Part shown: positions 53,401 through 64,000 of the stretch, one piece after another
Layout: the number at the start of each line of letters is the position of its first letter
Numbering within the stretch: the stretch's first letter is position 1
NCBI GenBank assembly: GCA_002633005.1
Contig: NMRA01000174.1
Coordinates: 642,867 to 706,866, forward strand
Direction: 5' to 3'
DNA: 64,000 nucleotides
DNA from: Phoronis australis
Taxonomy: Eukaryota; Animalia; Phoronida
Translations under genes and position numbers: made by a program
The notes under the pieces: model-generated
What the model was told of the DNA's origin: nothing
The model's database searches: none
The model's input: the letters and a program-made list of their open reading frames with translations, nothing else

Positions 53401-55398
53401 GTGCTTCAATCAACTTGAAGCATTAAACAAGAGCAACGCTTAGTGTTGAAATGCACCCACGAATGCATTGCAAATGGTGTGCTTTTAGGGTTATTTATTT
53501 GTAAACATACAATCCATCCAAAAACAGGAACATACCATATTTCATAAAAATCTGTCAAGGAACTTCAGAGAAACAAAGGAAAACAGAATAAAATGAAATT
53601 GCCACAAGTGGGCACAGTGTCCGTTGGATCCGCCTTTGAAGATACTGAGTTAAACGTAAAAAACTAAAATTGTCACTAGGGGGAACACCAGTAGTCAGAT
53701 CTGTCCGAAAGTCGTCGTCATCCGTAGTCAACATCATATAAATACACTTCCTAAATTAAGTAAAGAACCTGCGAATGGTTTAGGAGATACAGCCATAGGT
53801 GCAAAAAAAACGCCACTAGGAGGCACCACAGTAGTCGAAATCGTCGAAAAATCATCATCAACCGTTCTCTTTATAGTAAGCACATACATGCCAATTTTCA
53901 CAATCATCCTTTGAGCGGTTTGGTTGATAGAGGGGTGGACGCAAAAAAAAACGCAAACTACGTCGAATCCATCCGAAAATGGGAGGATAGCGTCATCCCA
54001 CTAATAGGTGCCTACACATTAAATTTCATGATAATCCGTTAAGGACTTTTGAAGATACAAAGGGAAACGTACAAAAATAAAATTGCCACTGGGAGGCACA
54101 CCGGTAGTCGGATCCGTCCAAAAGTCGTCGTCGTCCGTTGTTAACATCATATAAATACACTTACTAAATTTCGTAAAGATCCTGCAAACATTTTTGGAGA
54201 TACAGCCATAGGCGCAAAAAAAAACTGTCACTAGGAAACGCCACAGTACTCAAAATCATCGGAAAATCATCGTCAACCGTCCTCTTTATAGTAAGCACAT
54301 ACATGCCAATTTTCAAAACCATCCTTTGAGCATTTAGTTGATAGAGGGGTGGACGCATAGAAACAGACACGAAAACAGTAAAAATGGCCACTAGGTGATG
54401 TAAACTACGTTGAATCCATCCGAAAACGAGAGGATAGCGTCATCTCACTAATAGGTGCCTATATACTAAATTTCATGAAAATCCGTTCAGTACTTTTGAA
54501 GATACAAAGGTTAGCATAAAAACTAAAATTGCCACTAGGGGGCACACCAGTAGTCGGATCCGTCCCATTCACAAATGGAACATATGTGTCAAATTTCATA
54601 AACGTAAGTCAAAGGGTTTTGGAGATAGAGCAGCGGACGCCAAACGGACGCCGAACGGACACCGCCCGGACGGACGAACGGAGATACAGCATAATGGGTC
54701 CACACATAAATATGTGGGCGCATAAAAAGAAAGTTAAGAAATAGAAAACTTACAATCTTTCATCTGACTTGTGGTACATTTTGAGCTGATGTGATAATTC
54801 CTTTCTTTTCTGTTCACTGGAATGAGAAGGAATTGTGAAATTTTATTATGTATATCAATTTTAGTAAGAGTGCAACCGCAGATGGATACATGTGACATAT
54901 ATACTTTGGGTTGTCGCTCTCATTTTTTCCGCAAAAAGAAATCAAAAAGGTCAAAGTGGAGTGAGATGGTTGTGATTATTACATAATATCGGGTATGCCA
55001 AATTAATTTGGATTGTTTTTGAATAAGAAGACTTCAGACAACATTCAACACAGACACAGTGTTCAAACTTCAATTTCAAAAACTAGAAAATAGGCACTGG
55101 TCGGACATAGATGTCGGTCCCTGATTTAGAAATTAGAGAACCAGGCAATCAAATTATCAAATATCAATCAGTGAATCAGTATGTTCAACGCCAACGGACC
55201 CGATAATGGCGATATTGCAGTGTCAGTGAGTGAAACTGGTTCTCAAAATCAGAGTCCACTATGTGCGACCAGCGCCCGCAGCAATATCCGACTTGTTTGC
55301 TGGCAATAACATTAACAAAATCAGTGTCACCTGGCATGCTGAAACTCTTGTAGACGTTTCGTATTCTCGTAAAAATCCACATTTGTTGACATCGCCAT
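38448..55398 (-). CDS. KIZ: Centrosomal protein Kizuna-like (PLK1 substrate 1), about 928 aa
   Basis: Exons 55331-55398 (ATG in ttcaaaATGG), 54754-54816 (second copy at 50027-50089), 49216-49378, 47937-48014, 46296-47376, 45607-45802, 45044-45190, 43722-43886, 42473-42623, 41950-42064, 41430-41525, 40674-40827, 39740-39853, 39250-39332, 38448-38560 (TGA); phase-consistent, 2787 nt. The N-terminal coiled coil (DFYE..RLQ..SEQKRKEL..SDERL..YWKKICEDEKKSRARN) and acidic C-terminus EDDFDFYG resemble vertebrate Kizuna as recalled. Confidence 0.8.
43138..43371 (+). mobile_element. tRNA-derived SINE, near full length (about 235 bp)
   Basis: A box TGGCCTGGTTG and B box GGTTCAAGTACC. Homologous to 30953-31080. 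Its 3' 131 bp recur at 43560-43690. Confidence 0.8.
43373..43559. mobile_element. One end of a young hAT-like MITE inserted in the SINE
   Basis: CpG-rich with repeated CGCGGAAA subterminal motifs. Terminates ...TTCCAAGCCCTG precisely against the SINE sequence AGCTCCTCAGC. Confidence 0.65.
49006..49169. mobile_element. MITE, Tc1/mariner-pogo type
   Basis: TIRs TACCGTAAACTCGC and GCGAGTTTACAGTA (13/14, including TA). Confidence 0.8.
50027..50089 (-). other. KIZ: Second copy of KIZ exon 2 within a duplicated block
   Basis: Same peptide as 54754-54816 (one synonymous CTA/TTA change) with intact AG and GTAAGT sites. Block 49626-50245 aligns with 53058-54970, which follows an N at 53057. Confidence 0.85.
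50480..51240 (+). mobile_element. Decayed CR1/L2-group LINE 3' fragment
   Basis: Broken translation IILPHLNY...LQKNVNRFIT...SEPLFKTSRILKIEDL matches the post-RT region of CR1/Crack-type ORF2, followed by an AT-rich 3' UTR. Confidence 0.7.
53426..54724. mobile_element. Non-autonomous Helentron-associated element (HINE/DINE-1/pearl-like) with internal tandem repeats
   Basis: Absent from the paralogous block (empty A-run at about 49995). Starts ACAAGAG. Asymmetric subTIRs ATGCACCCAC (53451-53460) and GTGGGCGCAT (54714-54723). Internal 130-160 bp repeats, a CGGA-type microsatellite and a terminal hairpin CACATA-AA-TATGTG; no clear TSD. Confidence 0.75.
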
Positions 55399-55615
55399 TT
55401 TGAAAATTACCGCTCTTTTGATTAGTGAGATAATTTTATCGCTCCCGGTCACCAGATGGCGTAGTGAATTGTAAATGTGGACTTTGCAAGTGAACTGAAG
55501 ATGAACCTCGGTCATATTGTGTTTTACTACACTTAGGATGCACTCTTGTTGAAAAAATTTTGTGAAAGATTAAAACATACCAGTGAACTTCAAATTACAT
55601 ATCAAGTGGTGAGTT
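55399..55615. promoter_or_regulatory. Probable KIZ/ABCC10 bidirectional promoter
   Basis: KIZ ATG at 55398 in a YY1-like AAAATGGCG context, CTCF-like CACCAGATGGCG at 55450-55461, and a plus-strand donor G|GTGAGT at 55609 that could end a non-coding ABCC10 exon 1. Confidence 0.45.
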
Positions 55616-58600
55616 TTGTTTGTGCTGGTTAAAAATACAGCCCTTGTGAAGTTGTGGTAGCCCGGGGCTTGGTCTTGGTTGCCATCCAGCTTTTGGCAGC
55701 TAGCTGTTAGAAGACTGTCCTCAAAATACAGCTAGGTACCACCCCGAAATGTCTCACGGCCCGGGTAGTTCTGCTCGTCACCTTGCCGTGAAACTTACAT
55801 CAATATTTAGAAATAAAGACTGGCGGGGGTGCATGCAAAATCAGAGTCAACCGGCACTCACCTTGCCCTTACCGTTACAACCGTTAAACTTTCTTTAAGT
55901 GCAAAACAATGTAACAAACGTTTTTTTCTTGCATCATTCTCCACCTTTTGTAACAATGAAAAGAATGTTGTTGTTTTGAAAACAGTACACTTGTGTCAGG
56001 CACACACGCCATTTCCTAATTTTTGCGATATCTTTCGGGAGACGATGGCAACTTCGAAGCACCAAAGTGTGTTGTGAAATTTGGTTTGCTAGTATTAAAA
56101 TACTAAAAACTTGTAACGAAATGAAACCAATTCCGATTATTTGTCGTAACATGTACACAACTTGAGGGAAGAAGAACATTTGATAGAATAATTATGGAAA
56201 AAAGAAACCAGCCAACAGGTGGCGCAATATTTCATTCTGCCGAAAGCCGACGCAAATGATCGCACCTCAATTTTAACAGCAAGAATAATGGTAGAATTCC
56301 AACTTCACAACACCTGTAAATAATTAAGTTTACTCAAGGAATGGTAGGTTTTAATGACTAATTTTGTGTTAAATTTTATTTCATCAGTTCTTTACTCGCA
56401 ATGACGCAAAGCTGTATACATATTTAGTATAGAGCTTTGCACCAAGTCTAGGGGCTGGGTATAGCCAGCCAGCTAGCCAATGGGTATAAACCTAAAAAAT
56501 GCGAGGAAATTTTTTGTTCATTGATTAGTATTAACAAAATCAAATTCTCTTGACACGTTTAGAAAACCGCAAACGGTCTTACTGGATAGATTTCGCCTCT
56601 TTTTACGTTCCTCTAACAACAACGAATCAAATCGATCTGTGATCTTCTACTCTTAGTTTTTGACCTAATGACATCATGTAGTTGTGATCCAAATGCCAGC
56701 TAATGAGCCCAGTGAATGTTTCAGTTCAGAAGTTCACCGATAGGTGACAAGTGAGTAGTAAAAAGTCGAACCTTCGAGCAAACAAGATTTGAAGGGCTTG
56801 ATAGGGGGACACCCTAGGAGGCAGTTGATGTCTTTGATTCCTTCCAACTTGAGTAAATAGTGCTGTAATCATTTTTTTAAACAGTCATTCGTTGAGTTGC
56901 CCAAATTGGCCATTTTTACACTGCTCGCGCTGTAGGAAATGACGTCATATACTCTGGCGCGATTACCGGAGTAGTTATTCAAGCTTGACAGACTTAATGT
57001 CAAGTGCTCTGACAATTGTCCCTCTATGCCTAGAAAGTGGCTTTTGTGGGCTTAGCCAAGGCAAGTCGAATTTTGCTGAGAAACTTCCCTCATGTAGCCT
57101 ACTAAGATGTGCAACTGGTCAAAGTATAGTGCCAGCTTGAGACTGTAAATCTGTTTGGCTGAAGCAATGTAGTCCTCATGACCTGGTGTAAATAAGGCAG
57201 GTGATTACATGGCAACATCATGCAAGATCATTCTAGGTTAGTTAAATGAATATTTCGCTGGTATTTCACAACCAAGCTCAGGATTTTCTTGTGTATGTCC
57301 TGCAAATAACTGCCACAAAATGAAATGAATTGGACAACTTGTGGAAAGCAAAAGGTTTTGGGGGAAACTGGATAAACTCAGTGTTTTTGGTGCTATAATA
57401 TAAGTTAGGATTTTTTGTCAAAAGTTTCTCGTGTCTGAATTGTGTTATATTGGAACATGACTAATCTTTACTCACTCTTTGGCCTAGGCTTGGACGATCA
57501 GTAATAATAGTTGCTTTTAGCAGTCCATCTTTGAAAGGTTTGCATTTCCATCATAAGATAATGCCATTCATCAAACATGATATATTTTTTAAACCAGTGA
57601 CATTTTGCAAAGTTTAATGTTGTCACTTTTAGTGCATTTGACTGTGTCAATGGCGGGTCTGTATGTAAGTTAAAACAGTACTGCAGTTTCAAATTCATGT
57701 TCTTGAGTCATTATCTCATCAGGCTTTTCCCGCATGATTTGTGAAGTGGTCCTTTTATTTTGCTAAGCATCTTTTCATCTACATGTCATTCAAACTTAAT
57801 TGTTTTCAATAGCTGGTGTGAGTTGCTAGCATACACCGCAGCAGCAACTCATTTCGTTATACTCTTATGCAGCATTTTATGTATGCAGCTTATTTGTGGT
57901 TTTCAACTTTTAGCGTAATCGTTCAGCCTCAGCCTAATGATGTCCTGTGTTTTGACATACATGAATGATAGTTACGTATTTGTGTCGTCGTGGTAATGCT
58001 TCAATGTGCATTTTCTTGCTTTTGCGATTACCTACCTCCATTTCCCTGTTCCATTTCACAGGCACAAACAAAGAAAAACTGCGTTAGCACGATATGTCTC
58101 TGGGTGTTGTAGCAAACACTTCATATTTCCGACATCTTATGTGCTGAGTTTCATGCTTTTTCCATTATTAAAAGTGGGCATTTGCTTTTGACATCTGTAT
58201 ATTGCTTTCTTGAGTGCAGAACATTGATTTAAAAAGTTTTAGAAATTGTGTTAAAAATGTCTTGTTCACATAGCAAATAAATGCTGTACATGTCATTCAC
58301 ATTTTTCCCATGCAGGCAGTAGTGTCTCTGTCAATGATTTTTTCTAAGAATGCAATGATATTCAGGTCAACCAGTGGGTTGACTTATAGAGCACATAGCT
58401 GGCAGCTGATGGGATTTTTCCCTGAGTGACTGAATTTGTTTTCCCCTGCATTAAAAGTGTGGTTAAATGGAAAAAATGACGACTTTACTGTAACCAATGG
58501 CAACAGGGCCACAATAGTGATCTGACCTTGAAGAATGTTCATAAAGTTTTGCCTATTTGTATCAACTGAAGGTGAAATTGTTATTTTCGCACCACCAACT

Positions 58601-59583
58601 TCTCTAACATTATGCATTATCTGTAAGATTGCAATGCTTTGGACAAAAGTTGAAGCTGTTTGATAGAAAAGCTTTTGGTGTTACTGATTGTTAAATTTTC
58701 GTATACTAGACTAATCCACATTATAAATTGATAACACTAACTTGTAAATTATATGCAGCTGTCTTACCTATATGGAAAATTCATGACTAAAGTACATGCG
58801 TTATTGCAGTTAGTCAGATGTCCATTAGTTAGTTCTTTGATAGCATCATGGTTCCAAAACCATTAACAATATCCACAGTAATTCTTCACTTATTTTGGCA
58901 AATAATAATTGCCAAAATGATCATTTTCCTTATATCAGTGGATGATATCCTTTTTGCAGTTGACGTGAACTTTTAATTAGCAAATGCCGTTTCAAGACAT
59001 CTACACACTGCGTACCATCCTCACAATAGACTGAAATGTCCTTAATCTTTACTTTTGTGGAGAAATTTAACAAAACAGAATTTCACATGTTGGCCATATT
59101 GTATACTAAATAAGTGAAAATTTACCATGCTTTAGAGCAATGGTCTATGAACCTCATTTGTAATGATAAGTTCATGTTTATCACATTTTGTCTGTCTGCT
59201 TTCAGATGATCTGAAATGAGAAAGAGAAAGAGGGTGTTCCTGATAAAAAATGGGCTTGTGGTGACCTAGTGATAACCAGGTCAGTTATCAGATAGTGTTC
59301 TATCCAATGTGACATGTGGATTAGTGGCAAGTACATTTGATATTTGTAGCTGCGGACTGATTTTTTTATTTGTTTAATTGGAAAAGACCACTCACTGGGT
59401 ATGCCTTGAGTTATCTCTTCACGTTGATGAAAGCCACATATAGAGAAATACTGTCAAAATTGTCAATTTTAAGAGCAATCTAAATTAGGTTAGCAACTCG
59501 GTAAAGTGCATAGTGTATCATTCTGTAAAATGAGGAAGTGACTACAGATTTGTTTAATATGGGGCTGTAGATGATTGCCACCA

Positions 59584-59721
59584 CCTGGGGTCTGTTACAT
59601 GAAACTGACTTTGCATTTTTGCTCAGGTGAGATTTAATTATTTGTCAAGAATAATTGTGTGGAGCATAAGAACAACTATTTGTCTTACAACCTCTGTAAG
59701 TTTCATGAAATAGACCCCAGG
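59584..59721. mobile_element. Short MITE (138 bp)
   Basis: TIRs CCTGGGGTCTGTTACATGAAACT and AGTTTCATGAAATAGACCCCAGG. Confidence 0.75.
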
Positions 59722-59828
59722 ATAGCACGAGGTGTGACTGAATATTCAAGAAACGTAAGCCTGGATTACTTTAAGCTGCTATAAACCCTTTTTCTCAGTC
59801 AAAAATAACTTACGAGCTTTGACATTTA

Positions 59829-60164
59829 AGACCCTTTCATACTAACGTGGTCGCGTCAATGCTTGGAGAGTTTCGGTCAGTGTGAACGATTAATTTTGGT
59901 CCTAGATCAAAGTTAACAGTGCCAGTTAACTTCGCAGTGAACAAGCTTTTTTAACAGTGGAGCGTCAACACTGTGATGCAATATGAACGGTCAACTCTGG
60001 TCTCATCGAAGTTATCGCCTGGGGCCACTGTTTAATAGCAATTACCACATGTAGATGTTCTCAAATTGTCACATTAAAAAAATCTTGGCGCACACAGGAT
60101 GCATGAGTGAGAGTTTACATCGATGCTCTGCTCATACCGATGTTGAGTTAGTATGAAAGGGCCT
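59829..60164. mobile_element. PIF/Harbinger-type MITE (336 bp)
   Basis: TIRs AGACCCTTTCATACTAAC and GTTAGTATGAAAGGGCCT (17/18) with a TTA TSD on both sides. Confidence 0.85.
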
Positions 60165-60556
60165 TTAATCTTATAAAACTGGTCTCAAGGTGATCCATAA
60201 ATTGTGACTAGAAGGGATTTCCAGGCTTGGGAAGATGTGACCCTTAGTTATTGGTTGAGATTATGCTTGATGCATTAGACAACCAACTTGTTGAGCCGGG
60301 TCTCAGAAATTAATTCTTAGTTGAGTAAGGAACAAGTGGAGGCACAATTTTTATGAGGAGTTGTTTAAATAAAAAGACTTGGTACAGGCCAGGTTTGTAA
60401 CATGTTAAAACACAATGAACTGAATTCTGTTTAACTCTTACATAGACACCACCTGCCTTTTAAAGAATTCACACTGTGCTGGTTGTTGGCCAAATTAGCA
60501 ATAGAAAACTAAGAACGATTTCTGATAACATGACTTTTGTTTTGTTTATTTATCTA

Positions 60557-60763
60557 TACACGATGTCCAACACATCGGTGGTAGGTCAGTCCACTGTCGT
60601 CTAGTAGAAAGCTCACAAAAGGGCCACAACTTATCAAGAGCAATGGAAAACAGTCTGACACCAGCAGCTGCAGTAAATGCACACCATTGGGTGAGCTGGT
60701 AAGAGCCCAGGCTTCCGTGGTGATGATGGATTAATTTACTTCCGAAATGTTGGACATTGTATA
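60557..60763. mobile_element. MITE, Tc1/mariner type
   Basis: TIRs TACACGATGTCCAACACATCGG and CCGAAATGTTGGACATTGTATA (18/22), bounded by TA. Confidence 0.7.
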
Positions 60764-60926
60764 ATGTGTATGTTAATTCTCTAGGATAAGTTTTTATCTA
60801 ATGTCTCGTTTTATTCCTCGAGTATTTTCAAGACATACAACAAAAATATAGCTTCCGAATTTGGCTTCTTGTTTGTTTTAGGTATTAGCAACATTGACTT
60901 GAGAACTGCACACTGAATGAATTAGG

Positions 60927-63461
60927 ATGTTGCACTGGGATGACTTTTGTGGCACTGGTCCCAGCAACAAGTTGCCAATATGGAACAGCTCCTCTCAGGA
61001 CTTCGGCCATTGTTTCGAACAGTTGGTGTTCGTGTGTCCTTGTCATGTCATCCTCTCTATTCTGAGCATATACTACACTGCTTATTACCGTAGTAACAGT
61101 AATGAGGAGCGACTCTATCCTCCACGACATTTGACCTTTCGATTGCTAGCCGTATTATTCTTGATGTGCATTCCTGTCGTAAGTCTCTTGCTGAGTGTGA
61201 CTGTTGTAGCCACACCGCCCCTTATTGTTGATATAGTGACACATAGTATTACGGCCTTCACCTGGTTTCTCCATCTTGTGTTCGTAGTGAAGCTATTCAC
61301 AGTCATACCGTTTATTAGTAGTCGCGGACCTTGTGCATTGTTAGTGGCATTTGTGCTCTGTCCCGTGTGTTGGGTGATACAACTGAGGACTGTAATTTTC
61401 CAGTTAAAGCAATCGCAGGTCAGCGTCATTGAAACCAGCTGCGTATTCGCTACAGGGTTTTTCTACGTAATTTATCTGTTTACCGTGATACCAGTGACAC
61501 ATAAAATTCGTCGGACTGAGAATACTGAGGAGAGGCGACACCTGTTGGACCAACGACAAGATCAGCTGGGAGTCGCGGATGACAAAGCCAATCTGCTGTC
61601 TAAATTGTTCTTTTGTTGGGTTCAACCAATGATCAGCAAGGGTGCAAAGAAGAAAATTGATAGCGCGAATGATTTGTTTGATTTGCCGTCCAAACTCAGA
61701 ACGGAAAAGGTAGAGAGTCTCTTTAATGAATGCGCTTGTTTAAAACAAACTGCATATCATTCAAGCACTGGAGATCGTCTCATGGTTTCCATCCCTGAGC
61801 AAGCTTGTGACATAGATGCTTCTTCTTTGAATAATGCAGCTGGCTTGGTGACTACTGGTACAGTTGAATGTTCAGCAAGTGAAGGTAAAGAGAAGCCATC
61901 GTTCTTGCAAGTGCTTCACAAAGCATTCGGTGTTGAGTATTACGCTATTGGGATCTTGAAACTAATTGCGGACGGTTTGGGATTTACTGGGCCTTTATTG
62001 CTCAATTTACTCGTCTCGTTCATGGAAGATGCCACAGAACCTGTGCAGCATGGATATCTGTACGCCTCGGGGTTGTTTTTCTCCACTTTGTTTTCTGCAA
62101 TTTGTAACTCGCAGTTTGACTATCTGGTGCAGTGCGTAGGGTTGAAGATACGCACCGCTGTAATCACGACAATATACAGGAAGACTCTTGCCGTTAATAG
62201 TGTCACACTCTCGCGGTTCAGTTCAGGACAGGTAGTCAACTTTATGAGTACAGACAGTGATCGCATCGTGAATTTTTGTCCCAGCTTCCACCAGTTTTGG
62301 AGTCTGCCATTCCAGATTGCCGTGTCACTGTTTTTGCTGTATCAGCAGATTGGCATCGCATTTCTTGCTGGGCTAGGCTTTGCTGTAATCCTGATCCCCA
62401 TCAATCGATGGCTGGCAATAAAAATTGCTGACCTCAGCACAAAGATGATGCATCAGAAAGATTCCAGGGTTAAGGTAACCTGCTGATTATTAACAAGTTT
62501 CCATAACACTGTGTATATGTTTTAATTGATAGTTTAACAGTTATAGATACAAACTTTTGGGGGAATGTTATCTTTTTGGCGTATTTTACTTATCCCAAAA
62601 GGTATTTTGAACAATTGTTGTCCATTTTCAAATCGGATGTTGTGATGCTGTGAGGAATTTACACAATGGAGACTCTGTGTGTCTGGTCTGATGAAGTGTT
62701 ATATAAGTGTTAATACCAGTGACCAGATGTTTATGGCATCATTGCTCAAGTCAAATGGGAAATTGTTATGTGTTGGGACGGGGACTAAAATTGGCTGGCA
62801 TCTCAACATTGGGAAATATTTTTGAGTGGGAAAGTGAGAGAGCGTAGTTTACTTAGACTTGCTGAGATTTTTTAAACTAATTTCGTTTACGCTTGCGATT
62901 TGAAGAATTGTTGCTTCTACAAATTTCATATTGTCATCGCTGTCTCCGTCTGGCATCCGCTGCTATATCTCCTAAACCCCTTGCTCGATGTTACTGAAAT
63001 ATGGCAGATGTATTCCTACCGCTGGCAATTTTACTTTACCTCTGTATCTTTGGAGTTCCTTGATATATTTTCATGAAATATAAAAATAGTATTTATTAAG
63101 GAGACGGTGATACCATTCCATTTTTGGACAATTTTGACATATTTTTTACTTTTCAAAGTCTACCACAGTTATATTCATTTAGTTCATTCGTATTTTGTGG
63201 AAGCGCTTGAACTCTCATCTCTACTCATTTCAGCTGATGAACGAAATGCTGGGAGGTATCCGCGTGATTAAGTTCCATGCCTGGGAGCCACACTTTGCAC
63301 AGCAAATCAACAAACTGCGCCAAGCTGAGCTGAAGAGCCTTAAGGGACGCAAGTACCTGGACGCACTGTGTGTCTACTTTTGGGCCACAACCCCTGTTCT
63401 CATCTCCATTCTGACATTCACCACGTACTCGTTATTGGGAAACAATCTGACGGCAGCGAAG
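60927..63461 (+). CDS. ABCC10: ABC transporter C family member 10 (MRP7), first two coding exons; gene continues past window
   Basis: Exons 60927-62474 (516 codons; acceptor ends at 60881) and 63234-63461. TMD0 start FCG..LPIW..GHCFEQLV and TMD1 motifs NFMSTDSDRIVNFCPSFHQFWSLPFQ, GIRVIKFHAWE, GRKYLDALCVYFWA are characteristic of the ABCC10 subfamily. Confidence 0.93.
62880..63160. mobile_element. Decayed relative of the HINE-like element, opposite orientation (boundaries approximate)
   Basis: The reverse complement of 62940-62983 (CAAGGGGTTTAGGAGATATAGCAGCGGATGCCAGACGG) matches about 54610-54648 (CAAAGGGTTTTGGAGATAGAGCAGCGGACGCCAAACGG). Confidence 0.55.
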
Positions 63462-64000
63462 GTATATTCACCTTCTTATTCGCTCAGAACACCCATCTCA
63501 TTCTGTGAACTTGAAATTAAAACTTTGAAAAAACTATATATTTATTTATTAATTATTTTAAGTTTCATTCTTTTCCTCAGCACATGTCGAACAGTAGCAT
63601 TCTTGATCAATTCTAGAAGATTCTCTTAAAGTGCCTTATCACTGATCAGGTCACTCTTATTATATTACATAAATATTAAATAGAAATAATTAAATAAAAT
63701 AATAACACTCAAAAGGGAATTTTGCCGCTGTTCAAGTGTCAATTTTAAATTCTTAACTGAAGCACTTTTGGGCTTAATAACGAGGTCATGCTCGTCCAAT
63801 CTTGAATTGTTATAGAATAAGCCGGCAACTCAAGTCATGGGTAATATGAACATGGGCCGTTTTCAAATTCATGGTTTTAAGGTTGGCTAAACCCTATTAA
63901 GTGAAGCATTTTATTGAGCCAGTGATGGTTTCAATATTCTTGTTGTTAAAGGAAACATAATCCTAAAGTATGGCATACTATGAGACTCAGCCTATGATTT

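Noticed and set aside
59040-59122. Inverted match to about 49700-49782 and 53135-53214 as a long-range structure
   Set aside because: A short diverged match best explained as fragments of a dispersed repeat in different genes.
899-63461. U12-type introns, intronic snoRNAs and SECIS elements
   Set aside because: No GTATCC/ATATCC donors at the reconstructed junctions, no in-frame TGA needing recoding, and no convincing C/D box pair seen by eye. A covariance-model search would be needed to exclude ncRNAs fully.

Overview
AT-rich, intron-dense animal (most likely invertebrate) genomic DNA from a draft assembly. Four spliced genes, reconstructed by hand from splice sites and codon phase, form two head-to-head pairs. 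AQR (Aquarius helicase) is on the minus strand, with 31 coding exons visible and its 3' end apparently beyond the left edge. A PGGHG/ATHL1-like GH65 glucosidase is on the plus strand (11 coding exons, complete). A Kizuna-like centrosomal protein is on the minus strand (15 exons, complete). ABCC10/MRP7 is on the plus strand, with only its first two coding exons in the window. Introns carry a non-autonomous Kolobok (THAP and KolX-like remnants), a Helentron/HINE-like element, several MITEs, a tRNA-derived SINE family, LINE fragments and minisatellites. Three local duplications each abut a single N and probably represent uncollapsed haplotypes. The most interesting leads are a possible cryptic RhoGAP-like domain in the Kizuna-like protein, a tandem array of copied 5' splice sites in an AQR intron, a type II membrane anchor on the GH65 enzyme, and a polymorphic element carrying CTCF-like motifs. 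No tRNA, rRNA or CRISPR array was found. All homology calls come from recalled family motifs, not database searches.
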